A DNA stretch of 64,000 nt from Octopus sinensis. Taxonomy: Eukaryota. This document shows, one piece after another, positions 13,060 through 26,250 of the stretch. The notes beneath the pieces are model-generated. The model made no database searches and was not told the DNA's origin. It saw only the letters and a program-made list of their open reading frames with translations. Location: NCBI RefSeq assembly GCF_006345805.1, contig NC_043015.1, positions 47,616,001 to 47,680,000 on the forward strand, in the 5' to 3' direction. Every line of letters starts with the position of its first letter. Position 1 is the stretch's first letter. A program made the translations under genes and the position numbers.

Positions 13060-14165
13060 GGGTTGAATAGGCACGAGGGGAAGCAGATGGAGGCTTCACA
13101 GGTACAAAGTGAGTGAAAGGCTCAGATACACACACACACATGCTTGCATTGGTGGTTAAGAGTTCTCCATCATACCATTTTGCCAGTTTCTTTGTCATCT
13201 CCTTCATGAGGTGCAACATCTTGAGAACCGTCTTCGCCATTTCATCCCAAGTCTTTCCCCTTACAAAGATTTCATTCACTTAAGTCACATGACATTTCCT
13301 TTTATATAGCTACCATCATCCATACACATCAAATGTCCAAAACCAACACAGTCTCCTCTGCTGGATGCTACATCTGATTTTTCTCATATTCAATTTTTCT
13401 CTCAGCTCATCATAACTCTGTTACTTACATACACATCCAGCAGAAAATGCTAGCTTCATTCCTTTCTAGTCTTCATAAATTTACTGCAAGTGTGGCTGTG
13501 TAGTAAGAAGTTTGCTTCCCAACCACAAGGTTCCAGGTTCAGTCTCACTGCATGACACCTTGGGTAAGTGTCTTCTTCTATAGATTCAGGCTGATCAAAG
13601 TCTTGGAAGTGGACTTGATAGAAGGAAACTGAAAGAAGCCCATTGTGTATATATATCATCATAATCGTTTAACATCTGCCTTCCATACTGGCAAGGGTGG
13701 GACGGTTTGACAAGAGCCGGACAGGCAGAAGCCTGCACCAAACTTCTGTAACAGTTTTGGCAAGATTTTTACAGCTGGATGTAGTTCCTAACACCAAGCA
13801 CTCAGCAGAGAGGACTTAGTGTTTTTTACATGGCACAAGCAGAGGCGAGGTCAGTTTTGGCAAGGTTTTTACAGCTGGATGTCCTTCCAAATGCCAACCA
13901 CTTCACAGTCTGGACTGGGTGTTTTTAAGTGGCACCTGCACTGACATAATACTTTCAGAACATTTGTCACCTGGGCAACAGAAACTATCTACAACCTCAA
14001 GAGAGCCTCCTGGGCATTTGAGAGAATCTAAGTTCCGTGAGCCCTTAGTGATTATTGTCCCTGCACATCTGCCACATACAAAGACAGCTTTATCTGTTAC
14101 TCTACCTGTGATTCCACTGCACCTCTTATGTGTCCATAGTTTACACAGGGTGCAGCGAATGGAAT
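13060..14165 (-). mobile_element. Degraded RTE LINE fragments interleaved with SINEs
   Basis: 13060-13450 translates to a decayed RTE C-terminus (RGKTWDE). 13940-14165 has YSIRCTLCKLWTHKRCSG..FVCGRCAG, the PHD-like Cys cluster seen in these LINEs. Confidence 0.65.
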
Positions 14166-15779
14166 ATGTATGCATGTGTATATATATCTATGTGTGTGTC
14201 TCGAAACGTTAGCACGCCGGGCGAAATGCGTAGCCGTACTTCGTCTGCCATTACGTTCTGAGTTCAAATTCCGCCGAGGTCAACTTTGTCTTTCATCCTT
14301 TCGGGGTCAATAAATTAAGTACCAGTTCACTGGGGTCGATGTAATCGATTTAATCCGTTTGTCTGTCCTTGTTTGTCCCCTCTGTGTTTAGCCCCTTGTG
14401 GGTAGTAAAGAGATATATATCTATGTGTGTGTCTGTGTGTCCATGTCTGTTCCCCCACCACCACTTGGCAACTGATGCTGGTGTTATGTCCCCACAGTTT
14501 AGTGGTTTGGCAAAAGAGATCAACAGAATAAGTACTAGGTTTAAAAAAAATAAGTCTTGGGGTCAATTTGTTTGAGTAAAACCCTTAATGGCAGTGCCCC
14601 AGCATGGCTGCAGTCCAATGACTGAAACAAGTAAAAGAGATAAGATTTAGAGCCCACATCCCATTACCATGTAGCAATGCAGTTTGTCTGTCTACACATC
14701 ATATAATCTGCCTTCCACTGTACGAGAAAAACCCTTCGTTACCAACAGAGATAATAGCTCCCTGAACTTTTTTGCAGCCTGTTCTTACTCTTTGCTTCAA
14801 GACTTTCAGAACACCTAACTTCACTGCTAATTAGGTCACCTATATAACAGAAGCTACTACAACTACAGGGGTTCCTCTTGGGTATTTCAAAGAATTCATT
14901 TACCATGTGTTCGTAGGGCTTATTACCCCTGTGCATCAGCCCTACATAAAATTTCTTTTCTCTGTTAGCCTGCTTGCCATGCCACTACATTTCTTGTATG
15001 TTCCTTGTATATATATGAGGCACACCATATGAAATTTCAGCCTACCCCTTTTCTGCATATTGATCATGGCCATTTCCCTGATCATTGTTGAGTCCTGTCC
15101 CTTTTCCTACTCACTGAAACTCTCGAGTTTGTTAAGTTTACATAAGGGCCTTTCAATTCCAGATTTCATTTCCATAACTGAAATTTCTTCTCTAATTCTT
15201 CTACAGTGGAGGCGCAATGGCCCAGTGGTTAGGGCAGTGGACTCACGGTCGGAGGATTGCATTTTCGATTCCCAGACCATCTAAAAGCCCCACGAGGCTC
15301 CGGCAGGGGGTGGTGGCTCTTATATGCTGATAACCTACTTCTTACAGCAGAATCTGTAGGAGAATTTTTTTTTTTTACATGGCCAAACCACTAAGCCATG
15401 TGCTTTCACCCTTCTCTGCTACACCCTGACTTATTTGAAGGGGAGAAGTTTGTTGTGAGTTACTTGGTGATTTCACTAGTGTCAGTGCTGTGTAAAAAAG
15501 CATCAGGTATAATCTGTAAAGTGGTTGGCATTAGAAAGGACATCCAACCATAGAAACCATGCCAAAGCAGAGACAATGGAGCTCAATGCAGACCACTGAC
15601 TCATTGGACCCTGTAAAACTGTCCAACCATGCTAGCATGGAAGACCTGTTAAATGATATGTGTGGAGAATATACTGCCAGCATTGCCCAAACGACCTGAA
15701 CATTAGTTTCAAGGTTCATCCAAGGCTGGGCCCATGGGCCATACATCCCCTGCTCAATTCAGGATCACAGCATATAGGT

Positions 15780-15990
15780 ACACTGTGACATAATTTCTTT
15801 TCCTCAACAGGCCCTGCCCTGTTTAACATTATCCTGAAAGAGATGAAAGAGGAAAAGGATCCCATCACCTTTAAACGGAGTCTGGATAGATTTCTTCAAG
15901 GAATACCGGATAAGCCACCCATAACTGGATACAACTCAATTAACAAGAACTCACTACTTGAATCGACCATAAACAAAACTTGACTTAAAC
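15780..15990 (+). mobile_element. CR1/L2-like LINE 3' fragment
   Basis: Reads GPALFNIILKEMKEEKDPITFKRSLDRFLQGIPDKPPITGY. A related fragment lies on the minus strand at 63180-63500. Confidence 0.65.
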
Positions 15991-16659
15991 AGGATTTAGA
16001 TAATCCTATCAGGTGGCGCTATTAAGTTAGACATGGCCTGGACCAATCTTTGGTCGAAACATAATCTAAGTTTATGTGTAGGGTGTTGCACTCACAATCA
16101 CGACATCAAGGTTTCAATTCCCAGACTGGATGGTGCAGGGTGTTCTTGAGCAAAACAATTCATCTCATGTTGCTCTGGGATAACTTTGACCCCTCACACA
16201 CACACAAACCCAACCATATGATTTCTATTTCACATATAAATTCATAACTCACTTCCAAATGACAATCAGCATATTTGAAATGGAATCAATGCATTGACAA
16301 CATACAATAACCTTCTCAAAGTCAACAAATGCTAAACAGATTTGCTTTATCAGTCTTTGTTTTACAATAAATGTATGTAATCCTGGTGCAAACCCAAACC
16401 GCATTCAATTCAAGTGCCATCTTGTACTCACTTTCCACCACCACCCTCCCTTGTCCCATTATCTTGACACTTCTGTAATTGCCTCTTTCTAGTGCAAATC
16501 TTTTACTATTGTAGCAATTGCTAACAGTACCATTATGCTAGCCATTAAAACTATTAGTTTTTAGCACAGGTTTATTAGCTGAATAACTAGCTGTGACAAT
16601 AATCTAAACCAAGTCTTTTAAAATCTCAGCAACTATCTTTATACCCACAACTTTATACC

Positions 16660-17464
16660 TTCCTTTAAGAAACAGATTGGGTTTATTTACATTTGTGAAA
16701 AAAAAGATACCCTTCCCCCACCCCTAACTAACCCTAACTCTCACCCTAAATCTAAAATAGATTGAAATGCAATAGATTGATACGAGGGCCATAATTATGG
16801 GTGACAATTTCATATGACACCGCTACGGAAAATGGGATTTTTTTCTAGCGGTGTCAAATGAAAATGTCACCCATAATTATGGCCCTAGTATCGATCTATT
16901 GCATTTCAATCTATTTTAGATTTAGGGTTAGGATTAGGGGTTGGGGAAGGGTACCTTTCTTTTTTCACAAATGTAAATAAACCCAATCTGTTTCTTAAAG
17001 GTGGGACATATACATACAGCACAGAATGCTGTTTACCTAAATGGACTCCAGCAATTGGTTAAAATTGCCGAAATGCTCGAAATATCTTACAACCTATAGA
17101 ATTTTCTCAATAAAGCCAAGAGAAAAAGATGTTTTATAAACACATTCTACCAGCATACGAAGTTTAAAAGTGTTTAGTTAACTAGAAATTATGTTACTAA
17201 GTGCCGTTCAAAAAGAAAAGATCCAACGAGGGACATATTCATACGGCACAGAATGTTTTCAGTTCAATAGACGTCATTGATTGGTTGAAATTGCAGAAAT
17301 TGAAGAAAAAAAACAACAAATATCTTACAAACTATAGAATTTTCTCAATAAAGCCAAGAGAAAAAGATGTTTTATAAACACATTCTACCAGTATACGAAG
17401 TTTAAAAGTGTTTAGTTACGTGGAAATTATTTTTAAAAACTGCCGGTCAAACCGAAAAGATCCC
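16660..17464. mobile_element. Rearranged composite of the hAT-type MITE (inverted plus tandem duplicated halves)
   Basis: Head-to-head junction ATGACACCGCTA...TAGCGGTGTCA at ~16820-16855. The terminal ~240 bp is repeated after 17224. Confidence 0.75.
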
Positions 17465-18018
17465 AGGTCTGAAAAATCGATGTGACATTTTAACAGTTTG
17501 AATACCATAGTTATACTTTTATCATATTCTCTATCCTATAACTTATAAAACTTTTAGACAGTCAATCGTTCGGCTATTTGGCTGTGATATACTGAATGTG
17601 TGAGGTGAGGGCTGAGTTGCATTGAACCTGAATGGGAGGAAAGGGGGTAAGGTAAAAATTAAGTTGAGGAATCTCAATTTGGAAATTTCCATGCAGTGGG
17701 CGGGGCTTGGTGAAAGACGAAAATATATTATGATGGACGCTGCATACATAAGTACGTAAATACACACACACTTTCTCTCTCACACTCACACACACACATA
17801 CATACACAACAATACATATACACATAAGTAACAGAACGCTGAGGAGGCAAAGGGGGAGGTGAGTGTGAAGAATAGGTAGCCTTAAGGAGAGAGAGGGAGG
17901 TTTAGTAAGTTGACAACAGTTGTCAACAAAGAAACACTCAAAAACGCGCGCACGCGTTCTTTTATTCCTTTATAATGGTTTCAGCCGTAGGACTGCGGCC
18001 AGCTGGAGCACATATACA

Positions 18019-18440
18019 GGATCTTTTCGGTTTGAACGGCAGTTTTTAAAAATAATTTCCACGTAACTAAAAAATTTGAAACTTCGTATACTGGTAGAAT
18101 GTGTTTATAAAACATCTTTTTCTCTTGGCTTTATTGAGAAAATTCTATAGTTTGTAAGATATTTGTTGTTTTTTTTTCCTTCAATTTCTGCAATTTCAAC
18201 CAATCACTGACGTCTATTGAGGTAAAAAACATTCTGTGCCGTATGAATATGTCCCTCGTTTAAGAAACAGATTGTGTTTATTTACATTTGTGAAGAAAAA
18301 AAGATACCCTTCTCCCACCCCTAACTACCCTAACCCTAAAACAGATTGAAATGAAATAGATCGATACTAGGGTCATAATTATGGGTGACAATTTCATATG
18401 ACACCGCTAGAAAAAACTGCCGTTCAAACCGAAAAGATCC
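18019..18440. mobile_element. hAT-type MITE (~420 bp)
   Basis: TIR GGATCTTTTCGGTTTGAACGGCAGTTTT and 8-bp TSD CATATACA/CATATATA. Confidence 0.9.
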
Positions 18441-19744
18441 CATATATATATACATACGTAAAAACTCATAAAACTCGAATGGAAGGTCAGAGATATTTGA
18501 GGGTTAGAAGGAAAGGGAGGGGGTGTAACAAACTGATTATGCAGTGATAGGCGGGTGGGTAAGTTTACACAAGCTGTCTTTCAGATCAGCAACACACCAC
18601 CACCACCACCATTCTCTCTCCTTTTTGTCACGTAAAAAAAAAACAGGTGTAATCACTCAACGAGTTAACGGTAATCAAGGATTTAAAAAATAACATATAT
18701 ACAGATATATGTACGTATGTGTGAGCATTTTTTGCGTGAGAAAAAATGTTGGAATCTGTGTAGTTGTTAGACTTGCTGGAAATAACAACCAAATCTCTCA
18801 ATATCACGCGCTAACATCTTACAAACGAGAGGAGACACATTGGGTAAGACGGAAAAAAATACACGCGCACACGCATATGCACCTACACACACATATATAT
18901 ATAACGGGAAAGTTTACGAAAATAAACAAAAGACGAAGGCAGGTGGAGTACAAACAAACAAATGTATTAGTATAGCGCTCAGGAATAGAAAAAGTCTTTC
19001 ACGTTTCGAGCCTACGCTCTTCGACAGAAAGATACACAGAAAAAAACAAGGAGAGAAATAAAGAGAGAAAAAAAATGCGTGTAGTGGCTAACGATCTATC
19101 ATGGCATATATATATACACACACACTCTTTTACTTGTTTCAGTCATTTGACTTTGGCCTAGCTGGGGCACCGCCTCTAGTCGAGCAAATCGACCCCAGGA
19201 CTTATTCTTCGTAAGCCTAGTACTTATCCTATCGGTCTCTTTTACCGAACCGCTAATTTACGGGGACGTAAACACACCAGCATCGGTTGTCAAGCGATGT
19301 TGGGGGGGGGGGACAAACACAGACACACCAACATATGCGCACACACATACATATATACGACGGGCTTCTTTCAGTCTCCGTCTACCAAATCCACTTACAA
19401 GGCTTTGGTCGGCCCGAGGCTAAGTAGAAGACACTTGCCCAAGGTGAAATTGTGTTGAATTCTGTCTATCAAAAGGAAAAGATCCCCAAGGTGCCATACA
19501 CATATATATATACACACCATATAAAAGAACTTTGATTTTCTCTTCCACCTCTCGCTCTCTCTCTCTACCTTTTATACATCTCCCTATTTCTCTATTTTCT
19601 TCTCTTTCTCCCTCATTGTACTTTCCCCTTTTCTCTTTATCTTACTTCTCACTCTTTCTCCCCGCTCTTCCTCTCTCACATAGTTATATGACAGGCATTT
19701 ATCATAGGTGCATTTACAAGATGGCGTTAATAATGATATCGCAG

Positions 19745-21075
19745 GGTTAGAGCTCGGAAAACTTTGTACTCTCTTTGTGCTTTGTACTTCCAGTTTTACA
19801 GGAAGCCCAAGATATATGCATGAGACGACTAAAGACGTTATGACTTATCTACGTAATTGTGGATGTTTTATATAATTTCATCTCATTTTTATTCGTTTTA
19901 TGTCTTTTGTCCCCACTGTGGTCTTGTCTGTCCTTGTGGAGTCCCCTCTGTGTTCGGGCTTTATGCCTAATAAAGAAATAGTAATTGTGGATGTTTTGAT
20001 CTTCGCTTCACTTTCATTTGCAATCCCAAATGGGGCAAAATCTAAGCAGAGCGACTTCCAGAGCAGTTCTACACCAATAGACATGATCTAATTGCAAAAC
20101 TGTGATTTAGGGAATCCAGTATCAATATGGTTAAAAAATACAGAAATCAGCTGGTAAAAATTATAAATATCACGTTCACTTGCAATGTCCTGGAGGAATA
20201 CAGAGTACGCCAGATTAAAGTTATTTCTATGAAAGGGAATGAATTGCACGAATATGGTTTTCCTCAAACCAATTGTTCTGAAGTTAATAGTTTAACAACA
20301 GAACCATTAAAAGATACTTATTACAACAGTGAAGACCTGTCAAAATATGTTCGCGAAAATTAACCCAAATTGTTGCATGAACAAAAAGTATTTTACAATG
20401 CTATAATCAAATGGGTTGGGGTTTTTTTTTTATCGAAAGGGAGGACTATTTTTCTTGATGCTCCGACAGGATCTAGCAAAACATTTGTCACTAAGCTGTT
20501 ATTTGTCACAGTTCGACAACAGACAAAAAGAAAAAAAAAACGCTTTTGCTTCAGGTATTGCTGCTACGCTACTTCCAGGAGGACGAATAGCCAACTCGGA
20601 TCTTTTCGGTTTGAACGGCAGTTTTTGTCTAGCGGTGTCATATGAAATTGTCACCCATAATTATGACCCTAGTATCGATCTATTGTATTTCAATCTATTT
20701 TAGGGTTAGGGGTGGGGGGAGGATATCTTTTTTTCTTCACAAATGTAAATAAACCCAATCTGTTTCTTAAACGAGGGACATATTCATACAGCACAGAATG
20801 TTTTCACCTCAATAGACGTCATTGATTGGTTGAAATTGCAGAAATTGAAGAAAAAACAACAAATATCTTACAAACTATAGGATTTTCTCAATAAAGCCAA
20901 GAGAAAAAGATGTTTTATAAACACATTCTACCAGTATACGAAGTTTAAAAGTGTTTAGTTACGTGGAAATTATTTTAAAAGACTGCCGTTCAAACCGAAA
21001 TGATCCGCCCACTCTACTTTCAGGTTGTCCTTAAATTTAGCCAACAAACAATATACCAATTTGTAATATCAGCAA
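19745..21075 (+). mobile_element. Helitron Rep/helicase remnant
   Basis: Reads SSFTGSPRYMHE and FICNPKWG (Rep), then FLDAPTGSSKTF, SGIAATLLPGGRIA and, after the MITE, AHSTFRL (PIF1-type helicase motifs), with stops and frameshifts. Confidence 0.88.
20598..21006. mobile_element. hAT-type MITE inserted in the Helitron helicase
   Basis: Same TIRs, with 8-bp TSD GCCAACTC/GCCCACTC. Confidence 0.88.
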
Positions 21076-21092
21076 AACACCTGGGATGGGAG

Positions 21093-21518
21093 CAGCGCTG
21101 CATTAACCATTAAGCAAAATATGCACGTGCTTAGGGCATCAAGGGAAGGAGGGGGCACCACAGAAATAGTAAATGGCTTACGGCACAAAAGAAATCACTT
21201 TAAACTTGCTAAAATAATATTCTGGATGCCTTTATCTCTATTAAGTATAGATGCAGATGTGTTACCTAAGATTAATTTTGAGGATCTGATCAAAGACTTT
21301 GCAATTCAAAAAAGTAGGAGAAAACTTTTCAAATATAAATAAAGTGGAATTATACAAAAATAAACATTATTTTCCCTCTTACTGTTTTGTTTCGTTTCGA
21401 AAAATAAAAATTTATTTTATGGTTTGTTATTGTTTATATTTTGAATTACATAACCTTTTATGGGGGCCCCAAAATCTTTTAAGTGCTTGGGGCCCTTGAT
21501 GGGTCTTAATCTGGCCCA
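21093..21518 (+). mobile_element. Internally deleted hAT element with transposase C-terminal remnant
   Basis: Reads LSLLSIDADVLPKINFEDLIKDFAIQKSRRK (end of the hAT dimerisation domain) between GGGCCCC-rich termini. A related piece lies at 36580-36818. Confidence 0.7.
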
Positions 21519-21640
21519 GGATGGGACAGGTACTAAGGAGGTATCATCTCAAAGTTTGGGATGAGTGTACGATGGCAAACAGTATTTGGAAGCTCTGAAA
21601 CCAAGCTTGCAGGATTTGCTACTGTACTATCATGAGACTT

Positions 21641-21877
21641 TATTTACATTTGATGGATATTTGTCATCTTGCTTGTTGTTAACACAACGTTTCGGCTGAT
21701 ATACCCTCCAGCCTTCTTCAGGTGTCTTGGGGAAATTTCGAACCTGGGTTCTCATTCCTAAGGTATTTTTCGATGTTGTTATTATTATCATTATTATTCA
21801 GATCACTGCCTGGAATCGAACTCAGAATCTTGGGGTTAGTAGCCCGCGCTCTTAACCACTATGCCATATGCCCGTGG
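21641..21877 (-). mobile_element. tRNA-headed SINE with hammerhead-bearing Penelope-type tail (left arm of inverted dimer)
   Basis: Reverse complement of 21909-22140, with A/B boxes and a hammerhead core CTGAAGA..GAAAC. Confidence 0.85.
21681..21726 (-). ncRNA. Minimal type I hammerhead ribozyme motif
   Basis: GACAC-CTGAAGA-A-GGCTG(loop)CAGCC-GAAA-CGTT-GTGTT. Stems I and II pair; stem III is reduced to palindromic ACGT. Confidence 0.65.
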
Positions 21878-21908
21878 AGACTATAGAGAAACTCCATCAA
21901 AACCTAGT

Positions 21909-22174
21909 GCCCACGGGCATATGGCGTAGTAGTTAAGAATGCGGGCTACTAACCCCAAGATTCCGAGTTCGATTCCAGGCAGTGACCTGAATAATAACAA
22001 CAACATCGAAAAATACCTTAGGAATGAGAACCCAGTTTCGAAATTTCCCCAAGACACCTGATGAAGGCTGGAGGGTATATCAGCCGAAACGTTGTGTTAA
22101 CAATAAATAAGATGAGGACAAATATCCGTCAAATGTAAATAATGTACATAATTCCTCATCTCTTAAATATAGAA
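21909..22174 (+). mobile_element. tRNA-headed SINE with hammerhead-bearing Penelope-type tail (right arm)
   Basis: A box TGGCGTAGT(A)G, B box GTTCGATTCC, (AAT/AAC)n linker, then the hammerhead tail. Confidence 0.85.
22053..22098 (+). ncRNA. Minimal type I hammerhead ribozyme motif
   Basis: GACAC-CTGATGA-A-GGCTG-GAGGGTATAT-CAGCC-GAAA-CGTT-GTGTT. Confidence 0.68.
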
Positions 22175-22954
22175 GTGTATTATCATGAGACTTTTGCTAG
22201 ACTTTGCCAGTAACACTAAACAACACTAAAGTGGATGGGCTAATAATGGCTTGCGTGAAATCATCATATTTGTAGAGACATAAGAATGAGCCTGGCTAAG
22301 AATATAAGGGTTACACTTTGGGGTGATAACGTGTCTGAAAAATTTGTTAAAAATTTATTGAAACCCGGAGAAAGTAGGGTAACACTATATAGAATTTACT
22401 GTCTAGATACATCTCTCCATCAGTTTCATCATTCAATGAACTAATGGCAAAAGTATTTCCAGATTTCCAGGACCATCAACAGAACCGTTCTTATGTGAAA
22501 GGAAAATACTGGCACAAAAAAATATCAGTCAGCAGCATAAACAATATGCTACTGGATTGCATTTCGAAAGATTTATAAATCTGAAGATTCAATTCCAGAT
22601 CCTGCAGAGGTTGTCAACTGTCCAATTGCATTCTTAAATCCTTTAGAACCCCCTGGAATCTTGACCAGCCTTGACTGTGTAATGGTACAAGACCGGTGGA
22701 TGGCAGCGAGCTGGCAGAAACGTTAACACGCAGGGCGAAATGCGTAGCCGTATTTCGTCTGTAACAGTTACACACTGGGGTCGATATAATCGACTAAATC
22801 CGTTTGTCTGTCCTTGTTTGTCCCTTGTGTTTAGCCCCTTGTGGGTAATAAAGAAATAGGTATTTCGTCTGCCACTACGTTCTGAGTACAAATTCCACCG
22901 AGGTTAACTTTGCCCTTCATCCTTTCGTGGTCGATTAAATAAGAGTTGGAATAT

Positions 22955-23240
22955 ATATAAGGAGCACTCCGTCGGTTACGACGACGAGGGTCCCAGCTGA
23001 TACGATCAACGGAACAGCTTGCTCGTGAAATTAACGTGCAATCTCAGGGAGATTCAGCGTGACACAGAGTGACATGGCCGGCCTTTTAAAATACAAGTAC
23101 AAATCATTTTTGCTAGATGAGTGGACTGGAGCAACGTGAAATAAAGTGTCTTGCTCAAGGACACAACGCGTCGCCGGAAATCGAACTCACGACCTTACAA
23201 CCGTGAGCCGAATGCCCTAACCACTAAGCCACGCACCTTC
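22955..23240 (-). mobile_element. tRNA-derived SINE family E
   Basis: Head GTGAAGG(C/T)GCGTGGCTTAGTGG and core TTGTGTCCTTGAGCAAGACACTTTATTTCACGTTGCTCCAGTCCACTCA. Other copies at ~32100-32365, 32630-32950, 51015-51200, 52860-53170 and 57190-57450, some with a different RTE-like tail. Confidence 0.85.
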
Positions 23241-23255
23241 ATATAAATATATATA

Positions 23256-23291
<36 letters not shown>

Positions 23292-23292
<1 letters not shown>

Positions 23293-23538
23293 GTGCTATG
23301 GCCCAGTGGTTAGGTCAGCGGACTCGCGGTTTCGATTCCCAGACCGGGCGTTGTGAGCGAAAACACCTAAAGCTCCACGAGACTCTGGCAGGGGGTGGTG
23401 GTGGCGGTCCCTGCTGTACTCTTTCGCCACAACTTTCTCTCACTCTTTCTTCTGTTGGCGTCATTTGAAGGCTAAAACAATGCGAAGCGCACTGTGACCA
23501 GCGATGTGTAGCAACATCTGATAGTCTGGTTGGTCACG

Positions 23539-23545
<7 letters not shown>
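23292..23545 (+). mobile_element. tRNA-derived SINE family D
   Basis: Head GGAGGCGCAATGGCCCAGTGGTTAGGGCAGCGGACTC. Other copies at ~15208-15320, 23860-24150, 40940-41225 and 52397-52470. Confidence 0.82.
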
Positions 23546-23569
<24 letters not shown>

Positions 23570-26080
23570 CGCTGGTGCATCCAGCTGTGAAAAACAATGC
23601 CAAAGCAGGCTTTGCTAGTGCTGGTGCCACATAAAAAGCACCCAGCTCACTTTGTAAGGGGGTTGGCATTAGGAAGAGCACCAAGCCATAAAATCCATGC
23701 CAAAACAAACAACTAGAGCTTGGTGCAGTCCTTGAACTTGCCATCTCTTGTCAAGCTGTCCAACCAGCATGGAAACAGACGTTAAATGATGATGATTACA
23801 CACACACATATATATATAAACACTTAGGATGCGTTTAACATGAGTCATTTATGTAACACTGTGGAAGCACATGACCTAGTGGTTAGAGCAGCGGATTCGC
23901 GGTCGAGGGATCGCGGGTTCGAATCTCAGACCGGGTGATGTTTGTGTTTATGAGTGAAACACCTAAGTTCCACGCGGCTCTGGCAGAAGGTAATGGCGAA
24001 CTTCTGCTGACTCTTTCGCCACAACTTTCTCTCGCTTTTTTTCCTCCTGCATCTTGCAGCTCACCTGCGACGGACCGGAGTCCTGTCCAGGTGGGGACCC
24101 TATACGTCAAGGAAACCGGGAAACCGGCCCTATGCTCCACAAGGAGCAAAAAGGATTAAAAAGAAGAAGACTTATGTAACACAACTGTTAAATGTGTGTG
24201 CGTGTGTGTTTATGTGGTGTGTGCCCGCGTGCGTTTTTAGGTTCTGGGATATATATTTCTACTATTTGTACCACTTAATCTGTCTCTCTCCCTCTCTGCA
24301 TTAATAATACATACTTGTACATATATATTTACTATACAGAATACTTGTGAATATTTACTATCTAAAATACTTGTGACCAAACTAAAGATGCGATGTATCG
24401 ACAACTGCAGGTCTTTGAAATGGTGTACTGAAACAGAAATTATAGTGTGACATCGAAGACATTATATTGAAAAAAGATCCTTGACTATTTCTTGCAAGAA
24501 CATAAGTGCTCCATGTTGGTGTAATAGTACAACTTAACAATGTCTGGTGCTTTAATATGGCTTTACAAAGTATCGGAAAATTGTCCTACATAACTTTCAT
24601 GTTTTCTCTGAAAACTGCTACGTATTTATTTATATTTTCAACATCAGTTTTTTTCAAATTGCAAGTGTTTATCATATTTATTCCATTCATTTCAAAATAT
24701 GTACCAAGTGGTACTTTTTTCATTTTCAATTTTTTTTCCACCAAAAAGTGTGTGCTTTAAACGTAGCAGACAGCTTAATCTACACAAAGAATAATCCTAG
24801 GGTCAGGAATTGGCGTTCGGATCTAAGAGTGGGAGTTGGGTCACAATTAGGGTTTAGGATTCAAAGATATCTGAAAAAATATTCTTAGAAGAATTTTTTT
24901 TTTAATTGTCTTAAAACTAGATTGAGAATTTTTTAAATTTTTTTTTATTCCTGGAGATTTACTATAAGTTAAATAAATTGCTTTGCAATGTTATAACATT
25001 TACTTCCTGAATCTTCAACTCGGGCAACGCCTGATATTTCTGCTAGTAAGACAATAAAAGTACAAATCTGGTTTCTCAAATATTACTATTGTCTCTACAA
25101 AATGATGAATTCCTGCCCTTTAAAAAATATTTGTTAATATTACAGACTGCATTTCATTGCTATTTTACAAGATTTGTATATTTTAACTCTCATGAAATAA
25201 AATGATTTGTGTGGTAAAACAATAATTCTGTTCAAAAAAATTATATTAGTTAAGCGTTAAGCTAAACGTTAGTTATAGTTCCGAAAGATTACTTATTTGA
25301 TTTTGAGTAACGTAAAAATTCTTACAAGCGATCTACATTATTTTTATGAAAACTAACAACAATTATATTTTCATTCATTAGCAAATAAACCAGCTATGAA
25401 TAAAACAGAAATAAATGTAATCAACGGATGTGTGTTTTATAAGAATTCCTCGGGTAAATATAAGACTCTCTTGGGACGAATAAATATCAATATTCCCGTT
25501 ACTCCAAATAAACTGGACGTTCACCAAACAAATGTCTCCTGATACACCAACGCTTCTTCCCCAACTGGTTTTCCTGACCTTAATAGATTCTTTCTCTTTG
25601 GCACTTCCTCTATCTGTTCACAGTTCTTTTCTGCCAATTTCCATCTTCGCTCTTTATTTCTCATTTTCTTATCCCACTATGTTAACTTATATCCCCCCCT
25701 TTTTCTTCTCTTTTTTCTTTTTTTTACCTGGTTAAAGGGAAGTCCATCCACATGGATTTATAACCTTCTGGAGTGAAAACAATCTGGTAAGGTCACAAAT
25801 TTACCTGACCACTATAAACAAATATTTCAGTTTTGCAATTTTCTCTCTAGATCCAAAACACAGGTATTAATAATAACATCCTAATTAGCAGGGAATATCA
25901 ACAAACGACTTAGTCTCAGTGGGGTAGGCTATTTTAATCAATAAAATGTTTCTACTTAGCACATTTCTGTTCACTTAAAAAAAAGCGCAGAGTGACGCAC
26001 AAGAGTCTATTTCAATGTTTGTTGTAAACCATTATTTTCATTTAAACTAATCAAAAATTTAAGAAATGCTGATGTCTTAC

Positions 26081-26250
26081 CTTCTTCAAAAATAAACAAT
26101 ATTTCTGTTTGATCTAAATGACAGGTAAATTCAACTGATTGTTATGCAGTATATCAAAATATCGGCTCGGAAATGAGAAATGACCACGAACTCATGAAAT
26201 GTCAAAATACAATGAACGAAACGTTTAGAATTTTATCCGTTTCTACTTTT
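26081..26250 (-). other. Candidate non-coding first exon of the small membrane protein gene
   Basis: Consensus donor AAG|GTAAGA at 26080 in a long repeat-free stretch, with no in-frame upstream ATG. The 5' boundary is a guess. Confidence 0.3.

Noticed and set aside
21909-21990. tRNA gene
   Set aside because: It has A/B boxes but no proper acceptor stem. It is the head of a multi-copy SINE, and the same applies to the heads of SINE families A, B, D and E.
24371-24427. Possible 57-nt minus-strand UTR exon
   Set aside because: Good acceptor but weak donor (CAA|GTATTT), and no other support.
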